The notes beneath the pieces are model-generated. The model saw only the letters and a program-made list of their open reading frames with translations. It ran no database searches and was not told the DNA's origin. This document shows positions 30,895-41,070 of a stretch of DNA of 64,000 nt, in pieces. Source of the stretch: Nitrospinota bacterium (GTDB lineage: Bacteria > UBA8248); the NCBI GenBank assembly GCA_036231405.1, contig JAZAHK010000002.1:1-64000 (forward strand), in the 5' to 3' direction. The number at the start of each line of letters is the position of its first letter. The stretch's first letter is position 1. A program made the position numbers and the translations under genes.

Positions 30895-31965
30895 TTGAAA
30901 TCTCGTTTGAAAAATATTCGAAAAGTACTTGCTTTAAGAAATATTAACTTATTACTTGTTACTGATCCTTTGAATGTTAGATATTTGACTGGATTCACAG
31001 GTTCGACAGGTTTCTGTCTGGTTGGGAAAAATGTTGCTATTTTCTTTTCTGATTTCCGCTATAGTACGCAATATAAAAAAGAGGTGTATAAGTCATTTCA
31101 ATTTATTGAAGGAAACAATTATTTCGACTTGATAGTAGAACAGGTCAAAAGGAGAGGTTTCAAACGACTTTTTTTTGAAGATACAAATTTAAATTATCGT
31201 AATTTTCACTTAGTAAAAAAAAAGCTGGGAAAAGTCAAATTCCTCCCAAGTTCTGGAATTATCGATTCCTTAAGAATTGTTAAAGATAAAAAAGAAATCG
31301 CTTTTATTAGGAAAGCTGCTTCTTTGAATTCGAAAGCACTATCTGATCTAATTCCTAAAATCAAGAGTGGTGTAAGCGAGGTTGAGCTTTCTACGAATCT
31401 AGAGAATTTAATGAAAAAATACGGTTCAGAGAGAAATGCTTTTGATACTATTGTTGCTTCTGGTGTCAGATCTGCATTGCCCCATGGGGTTGCAAGCAAA
31501 AAGAAAATAAAAAAAGGGAATTTAATAACTATTGATTTTGGTAGCGTGGTTAATGGGTATCATGCGGATACTACGAGAGTATTTTCTTGCGGAGAACCAA
31601 GCAAGAAAACAAGACATATTTATGAAGTTGTTTTACGTTCTCAAAAAGCTGCGATTGAAAAAGTAACTCCTGGTGTTAAGTGTGGGGAAGTTGATGCAGC
31701 CGCCAGGGATATTATTGAAAAAGAAGGGTATGGAGAATCATTTGGGCATGGAACTGGACATGGATTAGGGCTTTTTATTCATGAGGGTCCTAGAATTGCA
31801 CCCAATCAAGATACTATACTTAAGCCCAATATGATTCTAACGATAGAGCCGGGAATTTATATTAAGGGTTGGGGTGGAGTAAGAATAGAAGATATGATTT
31901 TGGTGAAGAATAAAGGGAAAGAAATTATCACTTCTAATATTTCGAAAGAGCTAATTGTCTGCTAA
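30895..31965 (+). CDS. M24B Xaa-Pro aminopeptidase
   Basis: YLTGF, SALPHG, IDFG, DTTR, HGTGHGLGL.IHE.P, IEPGIY, GVRIED. Confidence 0.93.
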   Translation: MKSRLKNIRKVLALRNINLLLVTDPLNVRYLTGFTGSTGFCLVGKNVAIFFSDFRYSTQYKKEVYKSFQFIEGNNYFDLIVEQVKRRGFKRLFFEDTNLNYRNFHLVKKKLGKVKFLPSSGIIDSLRIVKDKKEIAFIRKAASLNSKALSDLIPKIKSGVSEVELSTNLENLMKKYGSERNAFDTIVASGVRSALPHGVASKKKIKKGNLITIDFGSVVNGYHADTTRVFSCGEPSKKTRHIYEVVLRSQKAAIEKVTPGVKCGEVDAAARDIIEKEGYGESFGHGTGHGLGLFIHEGPRIAPNQDTILKPNMILTIEPGIYIKGWGGVRIEDMILVKNKGKEIITSNISKELIVC

Positions 31966-31991
31966 CTTTTTGCTTGGGAGAAATTTGAGTT

Positions 31992-32561
31992 ATGCCATCT
32001 ACAAACGAGTTTAGGAATGGTTTGAAGATAGAAATAGAAGGAGACCCCTTCTCCATAGTAGAGTTTCAGCATGTCAAACCTGGCAAAGGGGGAGCTTTTA
32101 TTAGAACGAAGCTTAAAAATCTAAAAAATGGTCGTGTTCTAGATAGGACTTTTCGTTCTGGAGAGAGTGTTGATTCTCCTTCCTTGGAAGAGAAGAATAT
32201 GCAGTTTCTTTATAGGGAAGGGGAGGTTTTTAATTTCATGGATACCAATACTTTTGAGCAACTTGGACTTGAAAGAACTCAACTAGGGGAAATCTATAAT
32301 TTGTTAAAGGAGGAAACCATTGTCTCGATTCTTTTTCATAATGGTGAGTCAATCGCCGTAGAACTCCCAACTTTTGTAGAACTCTTGATTTCTAAAACAG
32401 AACCAGGATTTAAGGGAGATACTGCAACGGGAGGTTCGAAGACGGCTGAATTAGAGACAGGTGTAGTGGTCAATGTGCCGCTTTTTGTTAATCAAGGAGA
32501 TCTCCTAAAAATAGATACTCGAACGGGAGAATATGTAGAACGAGTGAAATCCGCTTCTTGA
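31992..32561 (+). CDS. efp: Elongation factor P
   Basis: FQHVKPGKGGAF, PGFKGDT, VPLF...GD..KIDTRTGEYVER. Confidence 0.98.
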   Translation: MPSTNEFRNGLKIEIEGDPFSIVEFQHVKPGKGGAFIRTKLKNLKNGRVLDRTFRSGESVDSPSLEEKNMQFLYREGEVFNFMDTNTFEQLGLERTQLGEIYNLLKEETIVSILFHNGESIAVELPTFVELLISKTEPGFKGDTATGGSKTAELETGVVVNVPLFVNQGDLLKIDTRTGEYVERVKSAS

Positions 32562-32603
32562 TTTTACTTTTTTTTATAATTTTTTAGGGAGAGGGGATTT
32601 TTA

Positions 32604-33218
32604 ATGATCTACGAGATGAGAACTTACGATTTGAAAGTAGGTGGGGTACAGGAATTTGAAGAGAATTTTTCAAAAGTTATAGATGAGAGACAGAAATTTT
32701 CTAGAATGGTTGGTTTTTTTCATTCGGAGATTGGAGATCTCAATCGTGTTATGCATATTTGGGAATACGAGAATTCTTCACATAGAGATGACGTACGTCA
32801 GCAATTAATCGGAAAATCTTGGTGGCCACCAAAAAATGCACATTTGATTGAATCTCAGCTTACTAAAATGTTGACTACACCGAGTTTTAAACAAGAACCA
32901 CTTACAGGAAAATTGGGGAATTTTTATGAGTTTCGCACCTATACAATTCTAATTGGGAAGATGACAGAAGTAACTTCGAGATGGGAAAAAGAGATTGCTT
33001 CTAGGGAAGCAGTTTCCCCCTTGGCAGCGTGTTTCATGAGTGATATGGGAACACTGAATGAATTTATTCATGTCTGGCCATATAGAGATTTGAATCATAG
33101 GATGGAGGTACGGACTGAAACACACAAGATGCCAAACTGGCCTCCGGGTTCAAGGCCATTTATTGCGAAACAAAATACTGAAATTTGGATGCCGGCATCT
33201 TTTTCGGAAATGAGTTAG
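32604..33218 (+). CDS. Two-domain NIPSNAP-family protein
   Basis: Two internal repeats, YEMRTY...SEIGDLNRVMHIWEY...WPP and YEFRTY...SDMGTLNEFIHVWPY...WPP. Confidence 0.85.
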   Translation: MIYEMRTYDLKVGGVQEFEENFSKVIDERQKFSRMVGFFHSEIGDLNRVMHIWEYENSSHRDDVRQQLIGKSWWPPKNAHLIESQLTKMLTTPSFKQEPLTGKLGNFYEFRTYTILIGKMTEVTSRWEKEIASREAVSPLAACFMSDMGTLNEFIHVWPYRDLNHRMEVRTETHKMPNWPPGSRPFIAKQNTEIWMPASFSEMS

Positions 33219-33229
33219 GCGCAAATTTT

Positions 33230-34039
33230 CTAGAGAAACAAGAGGGTAGTGATACCTGCTAGGGAACAGTAGATAGCGAACGATTTAAAATTTGTCCTTC
33301 TTGCAGCTTTCATTAGCAAAGAGATCGCTAAAATCCCAGTGAGGCACGCGGTTAGTGCTCCTATTGTATACCCTTCCCAAGGAATTTGGTTTAATTTGGA
33401 TAGTGCTACTGATTTCACAATGACTGCACCTCCTATTGTCGGAATACCAAGCAGCAAGCTAAATTTAGTTGCATCAGTTCTTTTCATGCCTAAAATTATT
33501 CCTGCAGCAATGACAAAACCCGATCTTGAAATGCCAGGGATGAGAGCGAAGACTTGCATTAGACCAAGGGAGAGAGCATGTTTCCAATTAAGTTTCTCGA
33601 GCGAAACATTAATTTTGAATTTGGAAGACGTGTAAAGGAATGCCCCCGTAATTATCAGTGAGAAACCTACGACTTTTGTTTCATTGAACAAAGCATCGAA
33701 GAAATCTTCAAATAAGAGTCCAAAAAACGCTACAGGGAGAGTAGCAACAAAAATCATCCATCCTACAGAGTTAAATTGACGTTTTTCGTTTTTATAATCT
33801 AAGGACTCTTTGTACATTTCAATAATTATTTTTCTAATTTCTTTCCAAAAGAAGAAAAAAATAGAAATTAATGTTCCAAAGTGTAAGAGAATTTCAAAAG
33901 ATGAACTTGGGAATTCAATTGAAAAAATTTTTTGTCCAATTACTAGGTGCCCCGAACTGCTAACAGGGAAGAACTCAGTTGTCCCTTGGATAAAGCCAAG
34001 AAGTAATATTTCGAAAAAATTATTTGAAGAATTTATCAT
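33230..34039 (-). CDS. uppP: Undecaprenyl-diphosphate phosphatase (BacA)
   Basis: GFIQGTTEFFPVSSSGHL, LHFGT, PGISRSG. Confidence 0.95.
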   Translation of the reverse strand: MINSSNNFFEILLLGFIQGTTEFFPVSSSGHLVIGQKIFSIEFPSSSFEILLHFGTLISIFFFFWKEIRKIIIEMYKESLDYKNEKRQFNSVGWMIFVATLPVAFFGLLFEDFFDALFNETKVVGFSLIITGAFLYTSSKFKINVSLEKLNWKHALSLGLMQVFALIPGISRSGFVIAAGIILGMKRTDATKFSLLLGIPTIGGAVIVKSVALSKLNQIPWEGYTIGALTACLTGILAISLLMKAARRTNFKSFAIYCSLAGITTLLFL

Positions 34040-35178
34040 TTTTGGTTTATTTTTTTTGATAAAGATTTGTCTGTTTTGTCCGCGAAAATACCCACCTTAT
34101 ATGCTTCACTTTTTGTGCATATAAGAAGGCCATCTCCAGACTCTATGACAATCAGATCTTTCACGCCAGAAGTGACTACAAATCTTTTGCTAGTGCCAAC
34201 TATAAGATTCGTTGAATTCTCGGAGATTATATTTGTATTTTTGTCCACCAGCCATGTGTTTTTATTTTTGTCGTTTTTAAAAACTTTTTCAAACGAGACC
34301 CATGAACCTAGATCATTCCATTCCAAATAACTTGAAATCACAGTGACATTCTCTACTTTTTCCATAACTGCGTGGTCAAAGCTTATTTTTGCACACTGTT
34401 TAAAGTACTTGTTAAACCTTGCTATGTTTCCAATTTTAAAAGCTGAACATGCCTTTTCAGTAAGAGAGTATGTTTTTGGAATAAGGAGTTCTAATTCTGT
34501 TAATGCCCTAGACACTTTTAAAATAAAAAATCCTCCATTCCAAAGAAAACGTTTGGACTGAAGAAATAACTTAGCCTCTTTCAATTTTGGTTTTTCTTTA
34601 AAGCTTTTTACTTGATGAGCGTTTATTGTTTTGGAAGAAAAGATCTTCTTCCCCTTTTCGATATAACCAAAACCAATCTCGGGCGTATTTGGTTCTATTC
34701 CTATAGTAACAATTTCGTCTTTAAATGCGTATTGTGTTCCTTTCTCTATGAGTCTCCTAAACAAATTTACATCTCCAATATAGTGATCAGAGGGTAATAT
34801 TATCATTACAGCGTTAGGATCTATGTCTGCAATAAAATGAGATGCTAAACTGATTGTTGTGGCCGTATTTCTGATTTCAGGTTCGAAGATAACATTTTGT
34901 GGAGGTAGTTGCTTAGCTGATTCTTTTATCAATTTCCTATGGTTCGTAGAGCCAGCAATGAGAATTCGTTCACTAGGAATAAGTCCTTTTAGTCGTTCGA
35001 TAGTCTGTTTTAGTAAATTACTCTTCGGTTTATAGTTTTTCTCTTGTTTCTGGAAGAAATTGGTCTCAGAAAAATCCAAAAACTGTTTAGGTTTTTTTGA
35101 TGTGCTTAACGGCCAAAGACGAGTTCCGTTACCCCCCGCCATTATTACAGCCCAAAGTGATTCTTTTTTGTCAGTCAA
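34036..35178 (-). CDS. manC: Mannose-1-phosphate guanylyltransferase (monofunctional, no PMI cupin domain)
   Basis: MAGGNGTRLWPLS...PKQFL, RNTA, PSDH, FKEKP, WNGG, WNDLGSW. Confidence 0.9.
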   Translation of the reverse strand: MTDKKESLWAVIMAGGNGTRLWPLSTSKKPKQFLDFSETNFFQKQEKNYKPKSNLLKQTIERLKGLIPSERILIAGSTNHRKLIKESAKQLPPQNVIFEPEIRNTATTISLASHFIADIDPNAVMIILPSDHYIGDVNLFRRLIEKGTQYAFKDEIVTIGIEPNTPEIGFGYIEKGKKIFSSKTINAHQVKSFKEKPKLKEAKLFLQSKRFLWNGGFFILKVSRALTELELLIPKTYSLTEKACSAFKIGNIARFNKYFKQCAKISFDHAVMEKVENVTVISSYLEWNDLGSWVSFEKVFKNDKNKNTWLVDKNTNIISENSTNLIVGTSKRFVVTSGVKDLIVIESGDGLLICTKSEAYKVGIFADKTDKSLSKKINQK

Positions 35179-35766
35179 TTAAAAAAGGACCCTAAAAAGA
35201 AGAAAACCTAAAATTACAGTCATGATAAGAAGAATTGTAAAAAGATTAAAATACTTTTCTAATAATAGACGTATTTTTTCACCAAAAAAGAATATCAACA
35301 AGCTTTCTAAGAAAAAACGCGCAGAACGACTTATTACAGAACATATAAGGAATATTTTGAAGTCCATAAGAAATGCGCCAGAAGCTATAGTGACCAGTTT
35401 ATATGGTACAGGCGTGAATCCCCCAATTAAAACCATCCATGCACCCTTTGAATTGTAATATTCTTTCACAGTTTCAAATTGATTTATCCCGCCGTACAAA
35501 TCGAATATTAATTTCCCAATCGATTCAAATAAAAAATATCCAATAATATAACCTACTATTCCCCCAACCACTGAAGAAAGAGAGCAAAGTGTCGCGTAGA
35601 AAAATGAATGTCTAGGTTTTGAAAATGCAATTGCGATAAGAAGGATATCAGGTGGGATTGGGAAAAAGAAAGATTCAGTAAATGATAGAAGGATCAGTGC
35701 ATATAAAGCGTAGGGAGTTGAAGCCCAACTGATGACCCAATCGTAAGCTTTCTTCACTAAGTTCAT
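35179..35766 (-). CDS. YqaA/DedA (VTT-domain) membrane protein
   Basis: SFTESFFFPIPPD, SVVGG..GY.IG, GGFTPVPYK..TIASG, SRSARF. Confidence 0.88.
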   Translation of the reverse strand: MNLVKKAYDWVISWASTPYALYALILLSFTESFFFPIPPDILLIAIAFSKPRHSFFYATLCSLSSVVGGIVGYIIGYFLFESIGKLIFDLYGGINQFETVKEYYNSKGAWMVLIGGFTPVPYKLVTIASGAFLMDFKIFLICSVISRSARFFLESLLIFFFGEKIRLLLEKYFNLFTILLIMTVILGFLLFRVLF

Positions 35767-37142
35767 GGTAGTTTTATTTCTATAAATTTACGCAATTTTT
35801 CATAAACTATTTTTTCGTAGCGAGACAATAAGTTTTTATCCTGAGCTTCAAATCTAAGTACTAAAGCAGGTTCAGTGTTTGATGCTCTAATTAATGCCCA
35901 GCCTCCTGTGAAACTAATTCGTATTCCGTCTATTTCATTTGTTTTGTAATCTTTGTTGAATATAGATTTTAATTGGTTGACTACGTCAAACTTTTTTTCT
36001 TCATTGCATGGGATTCTTATTTCTGGTGTTGAAACTGACTTGGGAATTTTCTCTCTGAAATCGGACAATGTTTCTTTGGATTTAGAAAGGTAAGAAACTA
36101 ACCGAGCGGCAGTATAAATCGCGTCATCAAATCCGTAATAGTCGTCTGAAAAGAAAATATGCCCAGAAAGTTCTCCTCCTCGAAGAGCGCTTTCTTTGAT
36201 CATTCTATCTCGAATTAAGGAATGCCCTGTTGCCCCCATAATAGGTCTCCCTTTCATTTTTTTTATGAAGTCCGTAAGTCTTGAAGAACATTTGACATCA
36301 AAAACTATTGAGGCCCCAAGGTTTTTTTCTAATATAGATTTAGAAAGGATAATCAAAAGTTCATCCCCTCTCACGATTACACCGTTAGAATCTACAACTA
36401 CGATTCTATCGGCATCTCCATCAAGTGCGATCCCAATTTCAGACTTTGTTTTTCGAATTTTTTTTATCAAGGAGGAAAGGTTGCTGTCTATAGTAGGGTC
36501 TGGATGATGATTTGGAAAATTCCCATCCGGTTTGATAAATAATCCGCTTACCTCAGCTCCTATTCTTCTCAGAACCTTGCAGGCTAGTTCGCCCCCAATT
36601 CCATTTCCTGCATCAACTACTACTTTTATTTTTCGATTTAATTTTAAATTTTCTGTTGCTCTACGTAAATATTCTGTTTTTATATTTTGTTTCTTATATA
36701 TCCCCATCTGACTAATATTTTGGCTGGTTTTTTCTTGTGTAAAACTATAAATTTTCTTTATCTCGGTTCCGTGAATTGATTTTCTGTCTAGGGTGATTTT
36801 AAATCCATTATAATTTTTGGGATTATGGCTTCCAGTAATTTGTACACCACCACCCACATCAAAAAAATATGTTGCAAATGAAAGACATGGGGTAGGAACC
36901 ATTCCTATTCCTATTACATTACACCCAGAAAGTAACACTCCCTTGGTGAAGGATTCATAAAATTCTGGGGAAGAGTGTCTACAATCGTGTCCAAGAACAA
37001 TATCCTTTACTTTATTGCTCCTGAAATATGTTCCTATGGCCTTTCCTAAATTGAAAACAGATTCAGAGTTTAACTCCTCAGGAACAAGTCCTCTAATATC
37101 GTATTCTCTGAAAATAGATTGATTTAATTTCTTAGTAACCAT
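35763..37142 (-). CDS. Phosphomannomutase/phosphoglucomutase (AlgC-like)
   Basis: FREYDIRG, TGSHNP, DGDADR, GELSGH, RASNTEP. Confidence 0.94.
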   Translation of the reverse strand: MVTKKLNQSIFREYDIRGLVPEELNSESVFNLGKAIGTYFRSNKVKDIVLGHDCRHSSPEFYESFTKGVLLSGCNVIGIGMVPTPCLSFATYFFDVGGGVQITGSHNPKNYNGFKITLDRKSIHGTEIKKIYSFTQEKTSQNISQMGIYKKQNIKTEYLRRATENLKLNRKIKVVVDAGNGIGGELACKVLRRIGAEVSGLFIKPDGNFPNHHPDPTIDSNLSSLIKKIRKTKSEIGIALDGDADRIVVVDSNGVIVRGDELLIILSKSILEKNLGASIVFDVKCSSRLTDFIKKMKGRPIMGATGHSLIRDRMIKESALRGGELSGHIFFSDDYYGFDDAIYTAARLVSYLSKSKETLSDFREKIPKSVSTPEIRIPCNEEKKFDVVNQLKSIFNKDYKTNEIDGIRISFTGGWALIRASNTEPALVLRFEAQDKNLLSRYEKIVYEKLRKFIEIKLP

Positions 37143-37316
37143 GAGGTCCTATTTAATTTGTTTGTATTTTATTTCGTTAGACATTAAAGATCGTTTTCTT
37201 GAGAACCATTAAAGTGTAAAATGATAAAATCGGACGAATAAAGGTGTATAATGACATATCCTTTTTTCTCTGAAAATGAATAGTATGAATTAAATTGTTT
37301 TAAAAAGGTTGTTACA

Positions 37317-37964
37317 ATGGGCGGGTTAGACAGATTATATGATAGATTTATCCTCGCATCTAGCTTCCATTTTGTTAGGCTTTTTATTCGTTTTTTTGTT
37401 CACTGCAAGGTGTCTGGTGAAGAAAATATTCCCTCCGGAAACAAAGTACTTTTCTTGAGTAATCATATATCTGCTTTTGACGTTTTTCTGGTTCCTTGGG
37501 CTATTTATTCTAAATATCCAAATGAATATATTCGTACAGCAGGGAAACAAGAACTTTTTTCCATACCTTTTGTAGGCTGGTTATTGAAGAAAGTTGGTGG
37601 CTTCCCTATTAGCAGGGGGCGTGCAAATATAAGTTCCATCAGAACAATCGAGAAATATATAAAACGTAGTAAAGTTGTTTTATATCCAGAGGGTAGCAGA
37701 AGTGTTGATAGTAGAATTAAGTCCGGAAATAGAATGGTTGGTAGGATCATATCTGTTACTAGACCCATAGTGGTGCCTGTTTTAGTCATAGGAACTGAGA
37801 AACTAATCCCAGTAGGAAAAACTTTCCCTCGCATTGGTGCGAAGATAGAGGTTAAATTTGGTCCTCCTGTAAATTTGAAAGAAGAATTTTCAAACCCTAG
37901 TGTTAAAGGAGCTAGTACGATGATTATTGAGAAAGTTATGAAGACTATCTCTGGTCTTTCTTAG
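37317..37964 (+). CDS. 1-acyl-sn-glycerol-3-phosphate acyltransferase (PlsC family)
   Basis: NHISAFD (HX4D), K.ELF, YPEGSRS. Confidence 0.9.
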   Translation: MGGLDRLYDRFILASSFHFVRLFIRFFVHCKVSGEENIPSGNKVLFLSNHISAFDVFLVPWAIYSKYPNEYIRTAGKQELFSIPFVGWLLKKVGGFPISRGRANISSIRTIEKYIKRSKVVLYPEGSRSVDSRIKSGNRMVGRIISVTRPIVVPVLVIGTEKLIPVGKTFPRIGAKIEVKFGPPVNLKEEFSNPSVKGASTMIIEKVMKTISGLS

Positions 37965-37993
37965 AACAATTTCAATAGCTTTAATCTTTATAG

Positions 37994-38485
37994 GTGAACA
38001 TTTTGGCAAAATTTAGGTTTAGTAAATTCAGGAAGATGGAAGAAATTTTTAATTCTTTGGGCCGGAAGGAGACCTGGGCCAATCGCCTATCTTTTAGTGA
38101 TATTATGCTAGTTTGGCAAAAAGTTGTTGGTCCTGATATTTCAAAAATTGCAAAACCTACATTTCTCAGAGGGAAGAAGATTATAGTTGAAGTCTCAGAA
38201 AATGTTTGGCTCTTACAATTGCAATCTGAATCACAAGAGTTAATAGAAAAGTTAAATTTAAATTTAAAAAATAAAAAACTGAACGAAATAAAATTCGTTC
38301 TATCTAATCAATCCATAAATTTTTCTCTTTCCGCCAAAGGTAAGAATGAGGTTAGTGAAGAATATGAACCTTTTCCGATTTCCAGAAAAGACGAAGAAAA
38401 AGCAAGTAGATTAGTTGAAGAAAACGATGACAAAGAGTTTAAGGAAATGGCTGAAAAATTGTTGTCAAAAATAAAGAAAGCTTAA
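37994..38485 (+). CDS. DUF721/DciA replicative helicase-operating protein
   Basis: W..VVG..I.....P......I.VEV....W...LQ.....LI.KLN DUF721 pattern; start may be ATG 38036. Confidence 0.75.
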   Translation: MNILAKFRFSKFRKMEEIFNSLGRKETWANRLSFSDIMLVWQKVVGPDISKIAKPTFLRGKKIIVEVSENVWLLQLQSESQELIEKLNLNLKNKKLNEIKFVLSNQSINFSLSAKGKNEVSEEYEPFPISRKDEEKASRLVEENDDKEFKEMAEKLLSKIKKA

Positions 38486-38491
38486 GATATA

Positions 38492-40198
38492 ATGATTTAC
38501 AGTTTAATTCGACTTGGATTGTTTTTTGTTATTACATTTATGTCAGGGTGTGTTTCTTCAAATTTAACTTCAAATCTGGATTCTACTCCATTACGAAATT
38601 CCTCCACCGCTGAGTCTTACAGGCATTTTATAGAAGGTTATTTAGAAGAGTTGAAAGGTAGATACGTCAATGCAAAAGGCTTCTATGAGAAAGCTCTAAG
38701 AAGTGACCCGGAGTCATCCTTCCTTTATCTTCGTTTGTCTGAACTAAACTTACGAAAAGGAAATATCAGGAAAGCAGAAGAGAACGCTATAAAAGCAATA
38801 CAAAAGAATCCTGAAAACTTTAGAGCAAATTTGATCTTAGGACGACTGTATTTTTCATCAAAAAAAAATAGTTTAGCGGAAAAATATTATAAGAAATCAG
38901 TTGGACTAAATCCAAGCCACTTCGAAGCGAAATTGTTACTTTCTAACGTTTTGCTTGAGGTTAAAAAATATCGTGAATCGATTAGATTACTGAAAAAAAT
39001 AAAAGAGAAACGACCTAAAAATATTTTGGTCTTATTTTACATTTCTAAAGCCTATTATTTAACAGGAGATTTCCAACGTTCCCAGAAGAATCTCATTGCA
39101 CTATTGAAAATTAATCCCAATTACAAAGCAGGTCTTTTGCTCTTAGGAAATTTATATGAAAAACAAGGTCTGTTTACACAAGCACAGGTTATATATAAGA
39201 GATTCCTGACGATTGTCCCTAACAATCAACATGCTCGATATAGATTAGGTCAACTCTTTATTAAAGATGAGAAATATGAATTTGCAATCGACGAATTTGA
39301 ATTAATGAAGAAGGAGACTCCTGGCAGTATGCAAATTCATAGTGTCCTAGGTATCCTGTATTTCAAAAAAAAGGATTATGTAAGGGCGCTTTCTGAATTT
39401 CGAATTTTGGCAAATAAAAACCCAAAAGATCAAGAAGCAAGAATTTTTATTTCTCGGATATTTGAAGGACTTGGAAAAATTGATTCTGCAAAACAAGAAT
39501 TATTGTCTTTCCTTAAATTAGAAAGTTCGAATCTACGAGTTAATTTGGAACTTTCTAGTTTAAATGCAAAAACAGGTGATTGGGGAAAAGCGTTTCAGAT
39601 TCTTGACAATTTGCAAAAAACTTATCCCAAAGAATCAAAAGTTAATTTTTTTAGAGGAAAATTCCTGTCCAAAAAAGGAGAAAAAAAGAAGGCGGTAAAT
39701 TATCTAAAGATTGCAGTCAACCAAAGCCCTAAAAACCCACAGTATCGATATTATTTAGCCACTTCCTACTATGAAACTAAGAGGTGGAAAGAGGTAGAAT
39801 CTGAGATAAAAAAGATACTTTTGACAGATCCAGATTATCCTAATGCTCTGAATCTATTGGGATATATGTATTCAGAATTAAATATTAAAATCAACATAGC
39901 TGAAGATTTGATTCTAAAAGCTCTGAAAAAGGAGCCAGATAATCCTGCATTTTTAGATAGTATTGGATGGGTTTATTTTAGACAAGGTAAGTATAAGGAT
40001 GCTCTAGAAAAAGTTTTAGTTGCGTTTAAGAAACTTCCTAATGATCCGGTAGTTCTTGAACATCTGGGAGACATTTATCTTGCCCTTCAAAAAAAGAAGA
40101 AAGCTTTGTATTTTTGGAAAAAATCCATTCAAAAAGGGTCAAGAGATTTGAAGAGGATTAGAAAAAAAATAAACTTTATTTTAAACATAAAGAAATAA
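38492..40198 (+). CDS. TPR-repeat lipoprotein (LbcA-like)
   Basis: Lipobox MSGC, many TPRs, C-terminal ALNLLGY...AL..EPDNPAFLDSIGWVYF...DPVVLEHLGD. Confidence 0.85.
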   Translation: MIYSLIRLGLFFVITFMSGCVSSNLTSNLDSTPLRNSSTAESYRHFIEGYLEELKGRYVNAKGFYEKALRSDPESSFLYLRLSELNLRKGNIRKAEENAIKAIQKNPENFRANLILGRLYFSSKKNSLAEKYYKKSVGLNPSHFEAKLLLSNVLLEVKKYRESIRLLKKIKEKRPKNILVLFYISKAYYLTGDFQRSQKNLIALLKINPNYKAGLLLLGNLYEKQGLFTQAQVIYKRFLTIVPNNQHARYRLGQLFIKDEKYEFAIDEFELMKKETPGSMQIHSVLGILYFKKKDYVRALSEFRILANKNPKDQEARIFISRIFEGLGKIDSAKQELLSFLKLESSNLRVNLELSSLNAKTGDWGKAFQILDNLQKTYPKESKVNFFRGKFLSKKGEKKKAVNYLKIAVNQSPKNPQYRYYLATSYYETKRWKEVESEIKKILLTDPDYPNALNLLGYMYSELNIKINIAEDLILKALKKEPDNPAFLDSIGWVYFRQGKYKDALEKVLVAFKKLPNDPVVLEHLGDIYLALQKKKKALYFWKKSIQKGSRDLKRIRKKINFILNIKK

Positions 40199-40209
40199 TT
40201 GAATAATAA

Positions 40210-41055
40210 TTGAAAATGAGAAAAATGCGCTTTCACAAAACTATATTTATTCCTTTCCTTTTGATGTTGTTAAGTTCATGTAGCTTGCATACTTTTCCTG
40301 AAGGGGAAGTAGATTTTTTCCCTGATAAGGAAAAAATTTTACTGAAAATTAAATCAGAGAAGTCAATACGGTCAATTCGAGCTTCAGTATCGTTTGAAAT
40401 TTTCTTTCCTGGTACGAAAGATGGGAAAAGCATTTTACATGAGGAAATTGGATTTGAAGAGGGTTCTTTCTCAGCAAATGCCTTTCTTGTATGGAAAAAT
40501 CCAAATTCGTTTAGGATGGAAATACTAAGTCCTTTTGGCAATCCTTATCTTTCTATCCTTGCCCATAATAAGAGTCTAAAAATCTTTCATGTTTCAAAAC
40601 AAAAATTATACATTGGTAATTTTAACAAAAAGACTATGGGAAATCTGTTTGGCATACCTATGGATCTTCATATTTTCCTTGAAATTTTAAGTGTTCTGAG
40701 GCCTAAATTAGGCTCGAAATTTTATAAATTTGATAGGAGAAAAGGTATTTTATTCCCTCTTCGTAAAGAGCTAGAAAATTCTAAAACCTTTTGGATAGAT
40801 AAATCTTTGTTAATGCCTAAAAAAGTCGAAGTTCTTTTAGTAGGACAAAAAATAGATGTGCATTATGATTCTTTTGTAAAATTTAACGGGGTCTATTTTT
40901 CGAAATCTATTTTGATAAGGAATCCTAGTACTAAGGCGTATATGAAAATTGATATAGGAGAATTGAATAGTTCAGAGTTTGGTTCGATTCCCAGTAGTAT
41001 ATTTTCAATGGATATTCCTTCAAATATTTCCATTCATCGTCTGTTTATGGATTAG
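40210..41055 (+). CDS. LolB-like/DUF4292 outer-membrane lipoprotein
   Basis: Lipobox LSSC, FRMEILSPFG motif, position between the TPR gene and ispE. Confidence 0.6.
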   Translation: MKMRKMRFHKTIFIPFLLMLLSSCSLHTFPEGEVDFFPDKEKILLKIKSEKSIRSIRASVSFEIFFPGTKDGKSILHEEIGFEEGSFSANAFLVWKNPNSFRMEILSPFGNPYLSILAHNKSLKIFHVSKQKLYIGNFNKKTMGNLFGIPMDLHIFLEILSVLRPKLGSKFYKFDRRKGILFPLRKELENSKTFWIDKSLLMPKKVEVLLVGQKIDVHYDSFVKFNGVYFSKSILIRNPSTKAYMKIDIGELNSSEFGSIPSSIFSMDIPSNISIHRLFMD

Positions 41056-41070
41056 CAAGGAAAAAGAATA

